Source of the DNA: an uncultured Eubacteriales bacterium
GTDB lineage: Bacteria; Bacillota; Clostridia; Oscillospirales; CAG-272
Direction of reading: 5' to 3'
Assembly (NCBI GenBank): GCA_902462015.1
Contig: CABPZV010000001.1
Location: forward strand, 1-53,440
Length of the DNA: 53,440 nucleotides
Part shown: positions 36,661 through 45,810 of the stretch, one piece after another
Layout of the letters: each line of letters starts with the position of its first letter
Numbering within the stretch: position 1 is the stretch's first letter
Made by a program: the position numbers and the translations under genes
The notes under the pieces: model-generated
Databases searched by the model: none
Told to the model about the DNA's origin: nothing
The model's input: only the letters and a program-made list of their open reading frames with translations

Positions 36661-36813
36661 TTCAATAAAGGGCTTGCACCGTCAAATGACGTGGCAACCA
36701 TTTCAGTAGGAGATTGTATCTCCCACTGAATGGTGAAATGTAACCCGTCGCCATTAAAGCTGCCGCTTTAATGGCGATTGCCTTAATGGCGGGGACATCT
36801 TGCCTAAGTTATA
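36661..36813 (+). repeat. modular intergenic repeat, copy R3 (forward orientation, 3 internal units, closest to consensus)
   Basis: TTCAATAAAGGGCTTGCACCGTCAAATGACGTGGCAACC, core 36698-36733, GGTGAAATGTAACCCG, CGCCATTAAAGCTGCCGCTTTAATGGCG, ATTGCCTTAATGGCGGGG, ACATCTTGCCTAAGTTATA. Confidence 0.92.
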
Positions 36814-36848
36814 AAAAAGCTGCTGCAAAGAATTACATTTGCAGCAGC
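36813..36848 (-). terminator. intrinsic terminator of the PFOR gene
   Basis: On the minus strand, stem GCTGCTGCAAA with TTTGCAGCAGC (36848-36838 and 36829-36819), followed by TTTTTT (36818-36813). It directly abuts R3. Confidence 0.8.
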
Positions 36849-36872
36849 TCCCAGAGAGCATAAATATATTTT

Positions 36873-39800
36873 TTATTTCTGCTCGGGTTCGTACATTTCT
36901 TTTTGCTTAACTAAGCGCGCATATTTAGCTTTTGCAGCCTCGGCAGCCTCAGCGAACAGCTTTTCAGCCTTTTCCGGGAAGGACTGTGCAAGACGGCTGT
37001 AACGTGTCTCGCTCTTGATGAAGTCAATATAATCCGCTGTGGGTTCTTTCGAATCAATAGTAAGCGGATTTTTTCCTTCAGCAACAGCCGCAGGATTGTA
37101 ACGGAACATCTGCCAGTAACCTGCGTCTACCGCGCGTTTAATTTCAAGCTGGCAGTTAGTCATGCCGCCTTTGACTCCATGCATTTCGCAGGGAGAATAA
37201 CCAATTACGATTGAAGGACCGTGATATGCTTCAGCTTCTGCAAGCGCCTTAAGCGTCTGATCCATATCTGCACCCATAGCTATTTGTGCTACATAAACAT
37301 ATCCGTAGCTCATAGCAATTTCAGCAAGATTCTTCTTTGCAATTGATTTTCCTGCTGCGGCAAATTGAGCAACCTGACCTATCTGAGAAGCTTTTGAAGC
37401 TTGTCCGCCGGTATTGGAATATACTTCAGTATCAAATACCATGATATTAACGTCTTCTCCGGAGGCGATTACATGGTCAAGACCCCCAAAGCCAATGTCA
37501 TATGCCCAGCCGTCTCCTCCGAAAATCCAGACGGATTTTTTCGCGAGATAATCCTTTTCCGCAAGGATTGCATCCTTTAAAGGATTGCTACAGCTGCAGT
37601 TTTCGAGAAGTTCTATAAGATCTGCGGCAGCTTTTTTGTTTGACTTGCTGTCGTCCTTTGTATCGAGGAATGCCTCAAAAACAGGCTTTTTGTCTTCAGA
37701 AACCTCTTCCTTAAGCTGTTCTACATAACCGATCAAACGGTCGCGTATTGCTTTCTGTCCGATATAGATACCAAAACCGTGTTCAGCATTATCTTCGAAC
37801 AGTGAGTTTGCCCATGCCGGTCCGTGGCCGCTTTCTTTATTAACAGTATACGGTGTGGCAGGCGCTGAACCTCCCCAGATAGATGAGCAGCCTGTTGCGT
37901 TGGAGATGTACATATTTTCTCCGAAAAGCTGGGTGATAAGACGTGCATATGAGGTTTCGGCACATCCTGCGCAGGAGCCGGAAAACTCAAGCAACGGCTG
38001 CTTGAATTGACTTCCTTTAAGGGAGGTTGGTGCAAACGGCAGATCCTTTTTCTCTGATACATTGTCAACAGCATAATTAAATGCCGCCTGTTGATCAATC
38101 TGGCTTTCCTGAGATACCATTTCAAGAGCTCTTTTTTCAGGCTTTGTCGGACATACATGTACGCAAAGACCGCATCCCATACAGTCGAGAGGCGAGATTG
38201 CAACTGTAAATTTGTAGTTCTCGCAGCCCTTTCCGATCATTTTTGCAGTAAATTTTGTTGATTCCGGTGCTGCAGCAGCTTCTTCGGCGTTCATAGCAAA
38301 CGGACGAATTGTAGCGTGAGGACATACAAAGGAGCACCTGTTACACTGAATGCAGTTTTCAGGATGCCATACGGGTACGTCCACTGCAACGCCGCGCTTC
38401 TCATACGCTGCTGCTCCCTGAGGCATTGTGCCGTCGGCAAGGTCGCCGGTGAAAGCTGAAACCGGCAAGCTGTCTCCCTGCATTACCGAAACCGGTTTGA
38501 CAATGTTCTTTACAAAGGAAACGAGTTCAGGGCGCTTACCTGTAATTTCAAGAGGCTTTTCGTTGTTTTCGGCTTTCTTCCAGCTCTCTGGAACATCAAT
38601 TTTGACGAGTGCGTCTACACCGGCTTCAATTGCCTTATAGTTCATTTCAACAACGGCCTCGCCTTTTTTGAGATATGACTTTTTAGCCATATACTTCATG
38701 TATTCTACGGCTTTATCGATAGGAATAATGTTTGCAAGCGCAAAGAAAGCAGACTGAAGCGTAGTGTTTGTGCGTTTGCCCATTCCGATTTTTTTGCAGA
38801 GATTAATTGCGTCAACGGTGTAGAACTGAATATTATTGTTCGCAATATAATTTTTTACTTCTGCAGGAAGATGCTTGTCCAGGGCTTCCGCATCCCACTG
38901 ACAGTTGAGAAGGAATATTCCTCCGGGTTTTACATCGTTGACAATCTTATAGCCTGATAGAATATAAGAGGGATTATGACATGCGACAAAATCCGCTTTT
39001 GTAACATAGTATGAACTTTTAATAGGATGATCGCCGAAGCGCAGGTGGGAAATTGTAATACCGCCGGTCTTCTTTGAATCGTACTGGAAATATGCCTGAA
39101 TATATTTATCTGTGTGGTCTCCGATTATTTTGATGGAGTTTTTGTTAGCACCGACAGTTCCGTCTCCTCCGAGTCCCCAGAACTTACAGCTTATTGTACC
39201 GGGCGCTGATGTATCTGGAACGGAATGTTCAGGAAGAGAATGTCCGGTAACGTCATCTACAATACCGATCGTGAAATTGTGCTTGGGCTTTTCGCTGTTC
39301 AGGTTTTCATATACTGCGAATACGCTCTGCGGAGGAGTATCCTTTGAGCCGAGACCGTAGCGGCCGCCGACAACCTTGATATCGGAAATTCCCTGCTCGG
39401 CCAGTGAGGCAACTACGTCAAGATAGAGCGGATCGCCGATTGCACCGGGCTCTTTTGTGCGGTCAAGAACTGCTATCTTTTTGCAGGTCGAAGGAATAGC
39501 CGCAACCAGCTTTTCACCGCAGAAGGGGCGGTATAGACGTACCTTAATTAGTCCGACCTTTTCGCCGTTTGCGTTCATATAGTCTATAACCTCTTCGGCT
39601 ACGTCACAGATGGATCCCATTGCAACAATTACACGGTCAGCGTCAGGAGCACCGTAATAGTTGAAGAGTTTATAATCTGTTCCGATCTTCTCATTTACCT
39701 TGTTCATGTAGTCTTCAACAATGGCGGGAAGAGCCTCGTAGTACTGGTTGCATGCCTCGCGGTGCTGGAAGAATATATCCCCGTTTTCGGCTGAACCGCG

Positions 39801-40481
39801 CAGAACCGGGTGTTCCGGATTTAGCGCGCGTTTTCTAAAGGCACGTACTGCGTCCATATCTACCATATCTTTCAGATCGGCGTAATCCCAGACTTCAATT
39901 TTCTGAATCTCATGAGATGTGCGGAAACCGTCGAAGAAGTTTATAAAGGGAACCCGGCCTTTGATTGCCGCAAGGTGTGCGACTGCCGCGAGATCCATGA
40001 TTTCCTGAGGATTGGATTCTGCGAGCATAGCGCAGCCCGTCTGGCGGCACGCATAAACATCGGAATGATCTCCGAAAATATTAAGTGCATGAGACGCAAC
40101 CGTACGAGCAGATACGTGAATTACTCCGGGGAGAAGTTCACCGGCAATTTTGTAAAGATTGGGTATCATTAAAAGAAGTCCCTGAGAAGCAGTAAAAGTG
40201 GTTGTAAGCGCACCGGCAGCAAGACTTCCGTGTACGGCACCGGCAGCACCTGCTTCGGACTGCATTTCAACAACCTTTACATTATCTCCGAAAATATTTT
40301 TTGCCGGATCACCGGCTACATTTTTATCAGTAGCGCTCCATGTGTCAACCTGTTCCGCCATAGGACTTGAAGGCGTAATAGGATAGATGGCAGCAACCTC
40401 GGTAAACGCATATGATGCATGCGCCGCCGCAGTGTTTCCGTCCATGGACAGCTTCTTGCGTGAAATTTTATTGTCAGCCAT
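36873..40481 (-). CDS. nifJ: pyruvate:ferredoxin (flavodoxin) oxidoreductase
   Basis: About 1200 aa. Two 4Fe-4S motifs, CIQCNRCSFVCP and CMGCGLCVHVCP, and a TPP-binding region GGDGWAYDIGFGG. Start moved to MADNKISRKK, downstream of AGGAGG. Confidence 0.95.
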   Translation of the reverse strand: MADNKISRKKLSMDGNTAAAHASYAFTEVAAIYPITPSSPMAEQVDTWSATDKNVAGDPAKNIFGDNVKVVEMQSEAGAAGAVHGSLAAGALTTTFTASQGLLLMIPNLYKIAGELLPGVIHVSARTVASHALNIFGDHSDVYACRQTGCAMLAESNPQEIMDLAAVAHLAAIKGRVPFINFFDGFRTSHEIQKIEVWDYADLKDMVDMDAVRAFRKRALNPEHPVLRGSAENGDIFFQHREACNQYYEALPAIVEDYMNKVNEKIGTDYKLFNYYGAPDADRVIVAMGSICDVAEEVIDYMNANGEKVGLIKVRLYRPFCGEKLVAAIPSTCKKIAVLDRTKEPGAIGDPLYLDVVASLAEQGISDIKVVGGRYGLGSKDTPPQSVFAVYENLNSEKPKHNFTIGIVDDVTGHSLPEHSVPDTSAPGTISCKFWGLGGDGTVGANKNSIKIIGDHTDKYIQAYFQYDSKKTGGITISHLRFGDHPIKSSYYVTKADFVACHNPSYILSGYKIVNDVKPGGIFLLNCQWDAEALDKHLPAEVKNYIANNNIQFYTVDAINLCKKIGMGKRTNTTLQSAFFALANIIPIDKAVEYMKYMAKKSYLKKGEAVVEMNYKAIEAGVDALVKIDVPESWKKAENNEKPLEITGKRPELVSFVKNIVKPVSVMQGDSLPVSAFTGDLADGTMPQGAAAYEKRGVAVDVPVWHPENCIQCNRCSFVCPHATIRPFAMNAEEAAAAPESTKFTAKMIGKGCENYKFTVAISPLDCMGCGLCVHVCPTKPEKRALEMVSQESQIDQQAAFNYAVDNVSEKKDLPFAPTSLKGSQFKQPLLEFSGSCAGCAETSYARLITQLFGENMYISNATGCSSIWGGSAPATPYTVNKESGHGPAWANSLFEDNAEHGFGIYIGQKAIRDRLIGYVEQLKEEVSEDKKPVFEAFLDTKDDSKSNKKAAADLIELLENCSCSNPLKDAILAEKDYLAKKSVWIFGGDGWAYDIGFGGLDHVIASGEDVNIMVFDTEVYSNTGGQASKASQIGQVAQFAAAGKSIAKKNLAEIAMSYGYVYVAQIAMGADMDQTLKALAEAEAYHGPSIVIGYSPCEMHGVKGGMTNCQLEIKRAVDAGYWQMFRYNPAAVAEGKNPLTIDSKEPTADYIDFIKSETRYSRLAQSFPEKAEKLFAEAAEAAKAKYARLVKQKEMYEPEQK

Positions 40482-40522
40482 AGATATTATATATCCTCCT
40501 AAATTGTTTTCAATTATTAAAT

Positions 40523-40551
40523 ATTCTATCACTTTTGCTCTGTTTTGTAAA
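40523..40551 (-). promoter_or_regulatory. sigma-A type promoter (TTTACA-17-TAGAAT, TG-extended) of the PFOR gene
   Basis: On the minus strand the -35 is at 40551-40546 and the -10 is at 40528-40523. Confidence 0.55.
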
Positions 40552-40634
40552 GATATTAATGTAAACTTTTTATTTTGTTATATTTTCTATCTTTATACAT
40601 ATATCAGTGTTAACAATTTTTTATCAAATAATAT

Positions 40635-40663
40635 TTGACGTATTGCAAATGACATGATATAAT
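40635..40663 (+). promoter_or_regulatory. sigma-A type promoter (TTGACG-17-TATAAT) upstream of lon
   Basis: -35 at 40635-40640, 17-nt spacer, and -10 at 40658-40663. This implies a leader of about 280 nt. Confidence 0.55.
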
Positions 40664-40951
40664 ATTACGATATCATATAATTGTTTTTTTGACGCAGCGA
40701 ATTTAATAGAAAATTTGTCGTGCTAAAGTTTTACGCCTGAAGGACCGCGGACTGCCGTCACGGAGAGGCGGATGTCGAACAGGCTTTATATTATGAACAG
40801 GAATTTGTTTAGTGCTGAATTATTGTTTGTCCGGGTTCAGTAAATGGCGGTCAGAGAAAAGCAATGTGATTCAGAATAAAAGATTAAAAGTTTAGAAGCG
40901 CCGGGTTGCGGCGCTGGATACTATATTGATAAGAAACAAAAGGAATAAACT

Positions 40952-43378
40952 ATGCCGAAATACACTGAAAAAATAAAGAAACAGTTACTTCCGTTGGTTC
41001 CGCTTGACGGTGTTGTGATCTTTCCTGCGATTCCGATCAGTGTGGAGCTGACGTCAAAACAAGCTGTTAAAGCTTGTGAAAAGGCGAGCAGTAATGACGG
41101 AGAGGCTTTCTTTGTACTTAGAAAATTTGATGATTCGAGAGCGGCTGTCTCTGCGGCCAGCTCGGATATTTTAATTCCGGAAAAAGATGTATATACAATA
41201 GGCTGCACAGCATTCATAAAGCAGATTGTAAAATTCCGTGAAGACAATGCGAGGGTTGTGGTAGAGGGTATAAGCCGCGCAGAGATTGTCTCTCTGATCA
41301 CCGACGATGAAAAAATTCCGATGGCGACTGTTTTAAATAAATCTGTAAAGCTTGAAAGTGACGGAGATCCTGAGGTTGAAGCACAAATTTTTGCTTTGCG
41401 TAATTTTTTTAATGAATTTTCAGAAAGGCTCCCTAAGCTGTCGAGCGATCTTTTGCTCTCTGTTCAGTCAATTACTTCTCCCGGCCTTCTTTCTGATTTT
41501 ATTGCTTGCAATACGCTTGTTGATATAAGAGACAAGCAGGAGGTTCTTGAACAGTTCGATCCCATTGAGCGTGTCCGCAGACTGGCTTTTATTCTTGCGC
41601 GTGAAGGGGAAATCGTCAAGACCGGAATGGATATCCGGGAAAAGGTTCACGCGCATATAGAAAAAAGTCAGAGGGAGTATTATCTGCGCGAACAGCTGAA
41701 GCTGATTCAGTCTGAGCTTGGGGAATCTGTACGCGATTCCGATATTGCCGGTGGCTTCTATGACGAAGATGATTCGGAAATATCGGAATACATGGAGAAA
41801 ATTGCTCTTGCAAAGCTGCCGCAGGAGGTTGAGGAAAAGCTTATAAAGGAGACGAAAAAGCTCGCGAAGACTCCCTTTAATTCAGCTGAGGCCGGCGTAC
41901 TTCGGAATTATCTTGATGTGTGTCTTGAAATTCCGTGGAATAAAAGAACTAAGGATCGCGTTGATATAGAAGCTGCAAGAAAAATTCTCGACCGCGATCA
42001 CGACGGTCTTGAAAAGGTCAAGGAAAGAATCATTGAATATTTAGCGGTCAAGCAGTTAAATCCTGATCTGAGGCATCAAATAATCTGTCTGGTAGGACCT
42101 CCAGGAACCGGAAAAACATCTATTGCAAAATCGATTGCCGATTCAATGAAGCGGAAATATGTCCGCGTTTCGCTCGGGGGAATACGGGACGAGGCTGATA
42201 TACGGGGGCACCGTAAGACATATATAGGCTCGATGCCCGGACGTATAATAACTGCGGTTACGCAGGCTGGAGTTTGCAATCCGCTGATTCTTTTGGATGA
42301 GATTGATAAGCTTTCCCACGATGCTCACGGAGACCCTGCGTCGGCGATGCTTGAGGTTCTTGACCGGGAGCAGAATAAGGCGTTTAGAGATCATTTTGTC
42401 GAGCTTCCGGTAGATCTCAGCGGTTGTATGTTCATTGCAACGGCAAATACAGCCGAGACGATACCGAAGCCTCTTATCGACCGTATGGAGGTAATTGAGC
42501 TTCATACGTACACGCGGCACGAAAAGCTGTCGATTGCCAAAAATCATCTGATTCCGAAGCAGCGCAGATTTCACGGTCTGACTGCAAGGAACCTGAAGTT
42601 TACCGATGATGCAATATACGAAATTATTGACTATTACACTGCGGAGGCTGGAGTCAGAAAACTTGAAAGGGAAATAGCCTCGATATGTCGAAAGGCTGCG
42701 AAGAAAATAGTTGAATACAAAGCCTTGTCTGAAGACGGTAAGAAAAAAGGCAGGGAATGCATAAAGGTCAGCCGGGATTCCGTATCACAGCTTCTTGGTG
42801 CACGTAAAATAATACCGGACAATATTGAAAACAACGATGATATCGGCGAGGTAAACGGGCTTGCATATACAGAGGTGGGCGGAGATTTGCTTCATATTGA
42901 AGCCGTCTCTATGCCCGGAACCGGTAAAATTGAGCTTACCGGCTCGCTTGGAGATGTTATGAAAGAATCTGCGCATGCCGCCGTTACGTATATTAGAGCG
43001 CACGCAGAGCAGCTTTCTATCGCTCCGGATTTTTACAAAACAAGGGATATTCATATTCATGTTCCGGAGGGGGCAGTTCCTAAAGACGGTCCTTCTGCGG
43101 GGGTGACTATTGCAACTGCGCTTGCAAGTGAGCTTTCCGGAAGAAAGGTTCGGCGTGATATCGCCATGACCGGAGAGATTACACTGCACGGCCGGGTGCT
43201 TCCAATTGGAGGTTTGCGTGAAAAAACCGCAGCAGCTTATAAAACAGGCGTAAAGACGGTGCTGATACCGAAAGAAAATGAACGGGATCTGGAAGACATA
43301 GATCCGGTTGTTAGAGAAAAACTTCGTTTCGTACCCTGCTCGCGCATAGGGGATGTATTGGCAGAGGCGCTGATTTAA
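40952..43378 (+). CDS. lon: ATP-dependent protease Lon (LonA type)
   Basis: N-terminal LON domain, Walker [10 protein letters not shown], Walker [10 protein letters not shown], and protease Ser in [10 protein letters not shown]. Confidence 0.96.
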   Translation: MPKYTEKIKKQLLPLVPLDGVVIFPAIPISVELTSKQAVKACEKASSNDGEAFFVLRKFDDSRAAVSAASSDILIPEKDVYTIGCTAFIKQIVKFREDNARVVVEGISRAEIVSLITDDEKIPMATVLNKSVKLESDGDPEVEAQIFALRNFFNEFSERLPKLSSDLLLSVQSITSPGLLSDFIACNTLVDIRDKQEVLEQFDPIERVRRLAFILAREGEIVKTGMDIREKVHAHIEKSQREYYLREQLKLIQSELGESVRDSDIAGGFYDEDDSEISEYMEKIALAKLPQEVEEKLIKETKKLAKTPFNSAEAGVLRNYLDVCLEIPWNKRTKDRVDIEAARKILDRDHDGLEKVKERIIEYLAVKQLNPDLRHQIICLVGPPGTGKTSIAKSIADSMKRKYVRVSLGGIRDEADIRGHRKTYIGSMPGRIITAVTQAGVCNPLILLDEIDKLSHDAHGDPASAMLEVLDREQNKAFRDHFVELPVDLSGCMFIATANTAETIPKPLIDRMEVIELHTYTRHEKLSIAKNHLIPKQRRFHGLTARNLKFTDDAIYEIIDYYTAEAGVRKLEREIASICRKAAKKIVEYKALSEDGKKKGRECIKVSRDSVSQLLGARKIIPDNIENNDDIGEVNGLAYTEVGGDLLHIEAVSMPGTGKIELTGSLGDVMKESAHAAVTYIRAHAEQLSIAPDFYKTRDIHIHVPEGAVPKDGPSAGVTIATALASELSGRKVRRDIAMTGEITLHGRVLPIGGLREKTAAAYKTGVKTVLIPKENERDLEDIDPVVREKLRFVPCSRIGDVLAEALI

Positions 43379-43449
43379 CATATTGATTACAGTTTTTCCG
43401 CTCAATATAAGCGTGTACAAAAATATTTGCTCAGAGGAGATTTCCGGAA

Positions 43450-44031
43450 ATGACAAGATCGGATCTTAATCTTAATAATCTGTCGCTTGCGGCAGTTGCC
43501 GGGATACCGCAGCAGTTTGTCTGCGACGGGCTTCCCCAAGTCGCTTTTTCCGGACGCTCCAATGTCGGAAAAAGCTCGCTTATTAATACTTTGCTCGGAA
43601 GGCGCTCATTGGCCAGAGTCAGTTCAACACCGGGAAAAACTATCACGGTAAATTATTATGATATTGACGGAAAGCTGTATTTTGTCGATCTTCCGGGATA
43701 TGGTTTTGCAAAGCGCAGTCCAGAGGAGAGAAAACGGCTGTCAGGACTTGGCGACGGATATTATGCGAGTCAGAAGCCAGCTCTTACTGTTCAGCTTATC
43801 GATATAAAATCAGGGCCTACGGCAGATGATTATACTATGCTTGATTTCCTCAGACGTACGGAAAAGCCATACGTCATTGCGGCGACAAAATGCGACAAAA
43901 TCGGTAGAACTGAACTGAACAAAAGGATTTCTGACCTTTCCGAATATGGTCAGGTTGTTGAGTTTTCTTCTCTTAAAGGGACCGGACGTGACGAGCTATG
44001 GAATCTGATAATTGCTTCGGCGGTGGTATAA
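43450..44031 (+). CDS. engB: ribosome biogenesis GTP-binding protein YsxC/EngB
   Basis: GRSNVGKSSLIN (G1), DLPGYG (G3) and TKCDK (G4). Conserved position after lon. Its TAA stop lies inside the end box of repeat R4. Confidence 0.92.
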   Translation: MTRSDLNLNNLSLAAVAGIPQQFVCDGLPQVAFSGRSNVGKSSLINTLLGRRSLARVSSTPGKTITVNYYDIDGKLYFVDLPGYGFAKRSPEERKRLSGLGDGYYASQKPALTVQLIDIKSGPTADDYTMLDFLRRTEKPYVIAATKCDKIGRTELNKRISDLSEYGQVVEFSSLKGTGRDELWNLIIASAVV

Positions 44032-44223
44032 CTCAGGCAAGATGTCCCGCTATTAAGGCAATCGCCATTAAAGCGGCCGCTTTAATGGCGGCGGGTTACA
44101 TTTCAAAATTCAGTGGGAGATACAATCTCCTGCTGAGTGGTTGGCCACGCCATTTGGCGGGGCAAGTCCCTTATTGAATCCGGCGACGGAACGCCGCATA
44201 GCGGGCTTTCAGCCCTTATTGAA
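44027..44223 (-). repeat. modular intergenic repeat, copy R4 (reverse orientation, 3 internal units) plus a duplicated end module
   Basis: The core element is 44027-44178: TATAACTCAGGCAAGATGTCCCGC...28-nt perfect palindrome 44063-44090...core palindrome...GGCAAGTCCCTTATTGAA. The segment 44179-44223 adds a second CCCTTATTGAA end preceded by the small hairpins CGGCG/CGCCG and GGGC/GCCC. Confidence 0.9.
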
Positions 44224-44264
44224 TACATGCTGTATATGTGTTTTAGAAAGGAATATAGTTACAG

Positions 44265-44903
44265 ATGCGCGAAACTTTGCTTATTTATCTTATGCGAATT
44301 CCGGCGATATTGTTTGCAATATCGGTACATGAAAGCGCACACGCTTGGGTCGCATATAAGCTCGGTGATCCTACAGCGAAAAATGCCGGTCGAATTTCCT
44401 TGAATCCTCTCAGGCATTTAAATCCTGTCGGAATGATTATGATGCTTCTTGTCGGTTTCGGATGGGCCAGTCCGGTAATGATCAACGCAGGAAATTTTAA
44501 AAAGCCTAAGGTCGGTATGGCGGTTTCATCTCTTGCCGGGCCGCTTTCCAATCTGCTTCTCGGATTTATCGGAGCCGCAGGGATGATGCTTACTGTTCAG
44601 TTTGGCGATCCTTCGCTTAGAATTGTTCAGGCTTTGGTTTTGTTTTTCAATGTGTTTATAAGCCTGAATGTAAGTCTTGCTGTTTTTAATCTGATACCTG
44701 TTCCGCCGCTTGACGGCTCGAGAATTTTATTGCTTTTTTTGCCGGAGCGTATCTATTTTAAAATAATGCGTTATGAACAATATATCCTTATCGCGCTTAT
44801 AGTGCTCATGGTAACAAATGTTATTACGGTTCCGATTTCAAGTATTTCAAGAGTAATAATTAACGGTATGTTTTATCTGCTTTCTCTTCCATTCAGAGCA
44901 TAA
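44265..44903 (+). CDS. site-2 protease family (M50) membrane metalloprotease
   Basis: HESAHA (HExxH) in TM1, and NLIPVPPLDGS (NxxPxxxLDG). Confidence 0.88.
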   Translation: MRETLLIYLMRIPAILFAISVHESAHAWVAYKLGDPTAKNAGRISLNPLRHLNPVGMIMMLLVGFGWASPVMINAGNFKKPKVGMAVSSLAGPLSNLLLGFIGAAGMMLTVQFGDPSLRIVQALVLFFNVFISLNVSLAVFNLIPVPPLDGSRILLLFLPERIYFKIMRYEQYILIALIVLMVTNVITVPISSISRVIINGMFYLLSLPFRA

Positions 44904-45055
44904 AAATCAGGCTATGCGTAAAATAAAACAGCGTTTGAAAATTTCAGAAAAATTTCATTGTGCGAAGGTTTTTGAGCGTCAGGCCATACAGACGATTGTC
45001 AGTATAGCCTGAGCAGGATAGATTTTTAGAATATACGAGAGGTATTGTCATATCT

Positions 45056-45790
45056 ATGGACGAAATAAATTACCATCTTCCGGTGTTTGAGGGGCCGCTT
45101 GAGCTGTTGCTTTCACTGATTTCTAAAAATAAAGTTGATATATCAGACATACCAATTGCTTTGATTTTCGATCAGTATATGGAATATATAAACATGGCTC
45201 AGGCGGCAGACATGGAGCTTGCAGGAGATTTTATTGTTATGGCGGCCGAGCTTATGCTCATTAAAAGCAAGCTGCTTTTACCGACTCCCGAGAAAAATGA
45301 GGAAGATCCGAGATCTTCTCTTGCCGCTGCTCTGCTGGAGTACAGCAGGATAAAAACGGCCGCGGAAATGTTAGAGGATTATTATTCTGAATCAGGCGGG
45401 CGCTTGGCTAAGGAACCCGAAAGTCTGGAAAAAGATTCAAGCTATGTTGCTGACGACAGTGTTGCGCGGCTCGAACGCGCTTTCCGAAGTGTTCTTTCAG
45501 GAAAATTCGGAAGAACTTCCGGGACGGAGAAACGCCAGCCGGAAAAGATGCTTGGTCAGCTTCTCAGCAGGGGCGGAAGACGAATTCCTGTTCCGGTAAA
45601 AATTTACGGTATTATGCGCCGGCTTTACAGACGCGGAGATTGTTCTTTTCGCAGCTTGCTGCTTGAAGGAAATGACCGTGCGGAGGTTATAACCATATTT
45701 GTCGCGGTGCTTGAGCTCCTGCGGTCGCAGCGTATCTCGATTACGGAGAAGGAAGACGATGATCTCACGCTGCATCTGTACGCATCCTGA
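45056..45790 (+). CDS. scpA: segregation and condensation protein A
   Basis: FEGPLELLLSLISKNKVDISDIPIA N-terminal signature, 244 aa, followed by scpB. Confidence 0.92.
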   Translation: MDEINYHLPVFEGPLELLLSLISKNKVDISDIPIALIFDQYMEYINMAQAADMELAGDFIVMAAELMLIKSKLLLPTPEKNEEDPRSSLAAALLEYSRIKTAAEMLEDYYSESGGRLAKEPESLEKDSSYVADDSVARLERAFRSVLSGKFGRTSGTEKRQPEKMLGQLLSRGGRRIPVPVKIYGIMRRLYRRGDCSFRSLLLEGNDRAEVITIFVAVLELLRSQRISITEKEDDDLTLHLYAS

Positions 45791-45810
45791 AAAGAAACGG
45801 AGGAATCGGT

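Noticed and set aside
44907-45007. Long-range complementarity TCAGGCTAT / ATAGCCTGA in the spacer before scpA.
   Set aside because: This is a single 9-bp match separated by about 85 nt, with no supporting substructure or T-run. It is compatible with chance.
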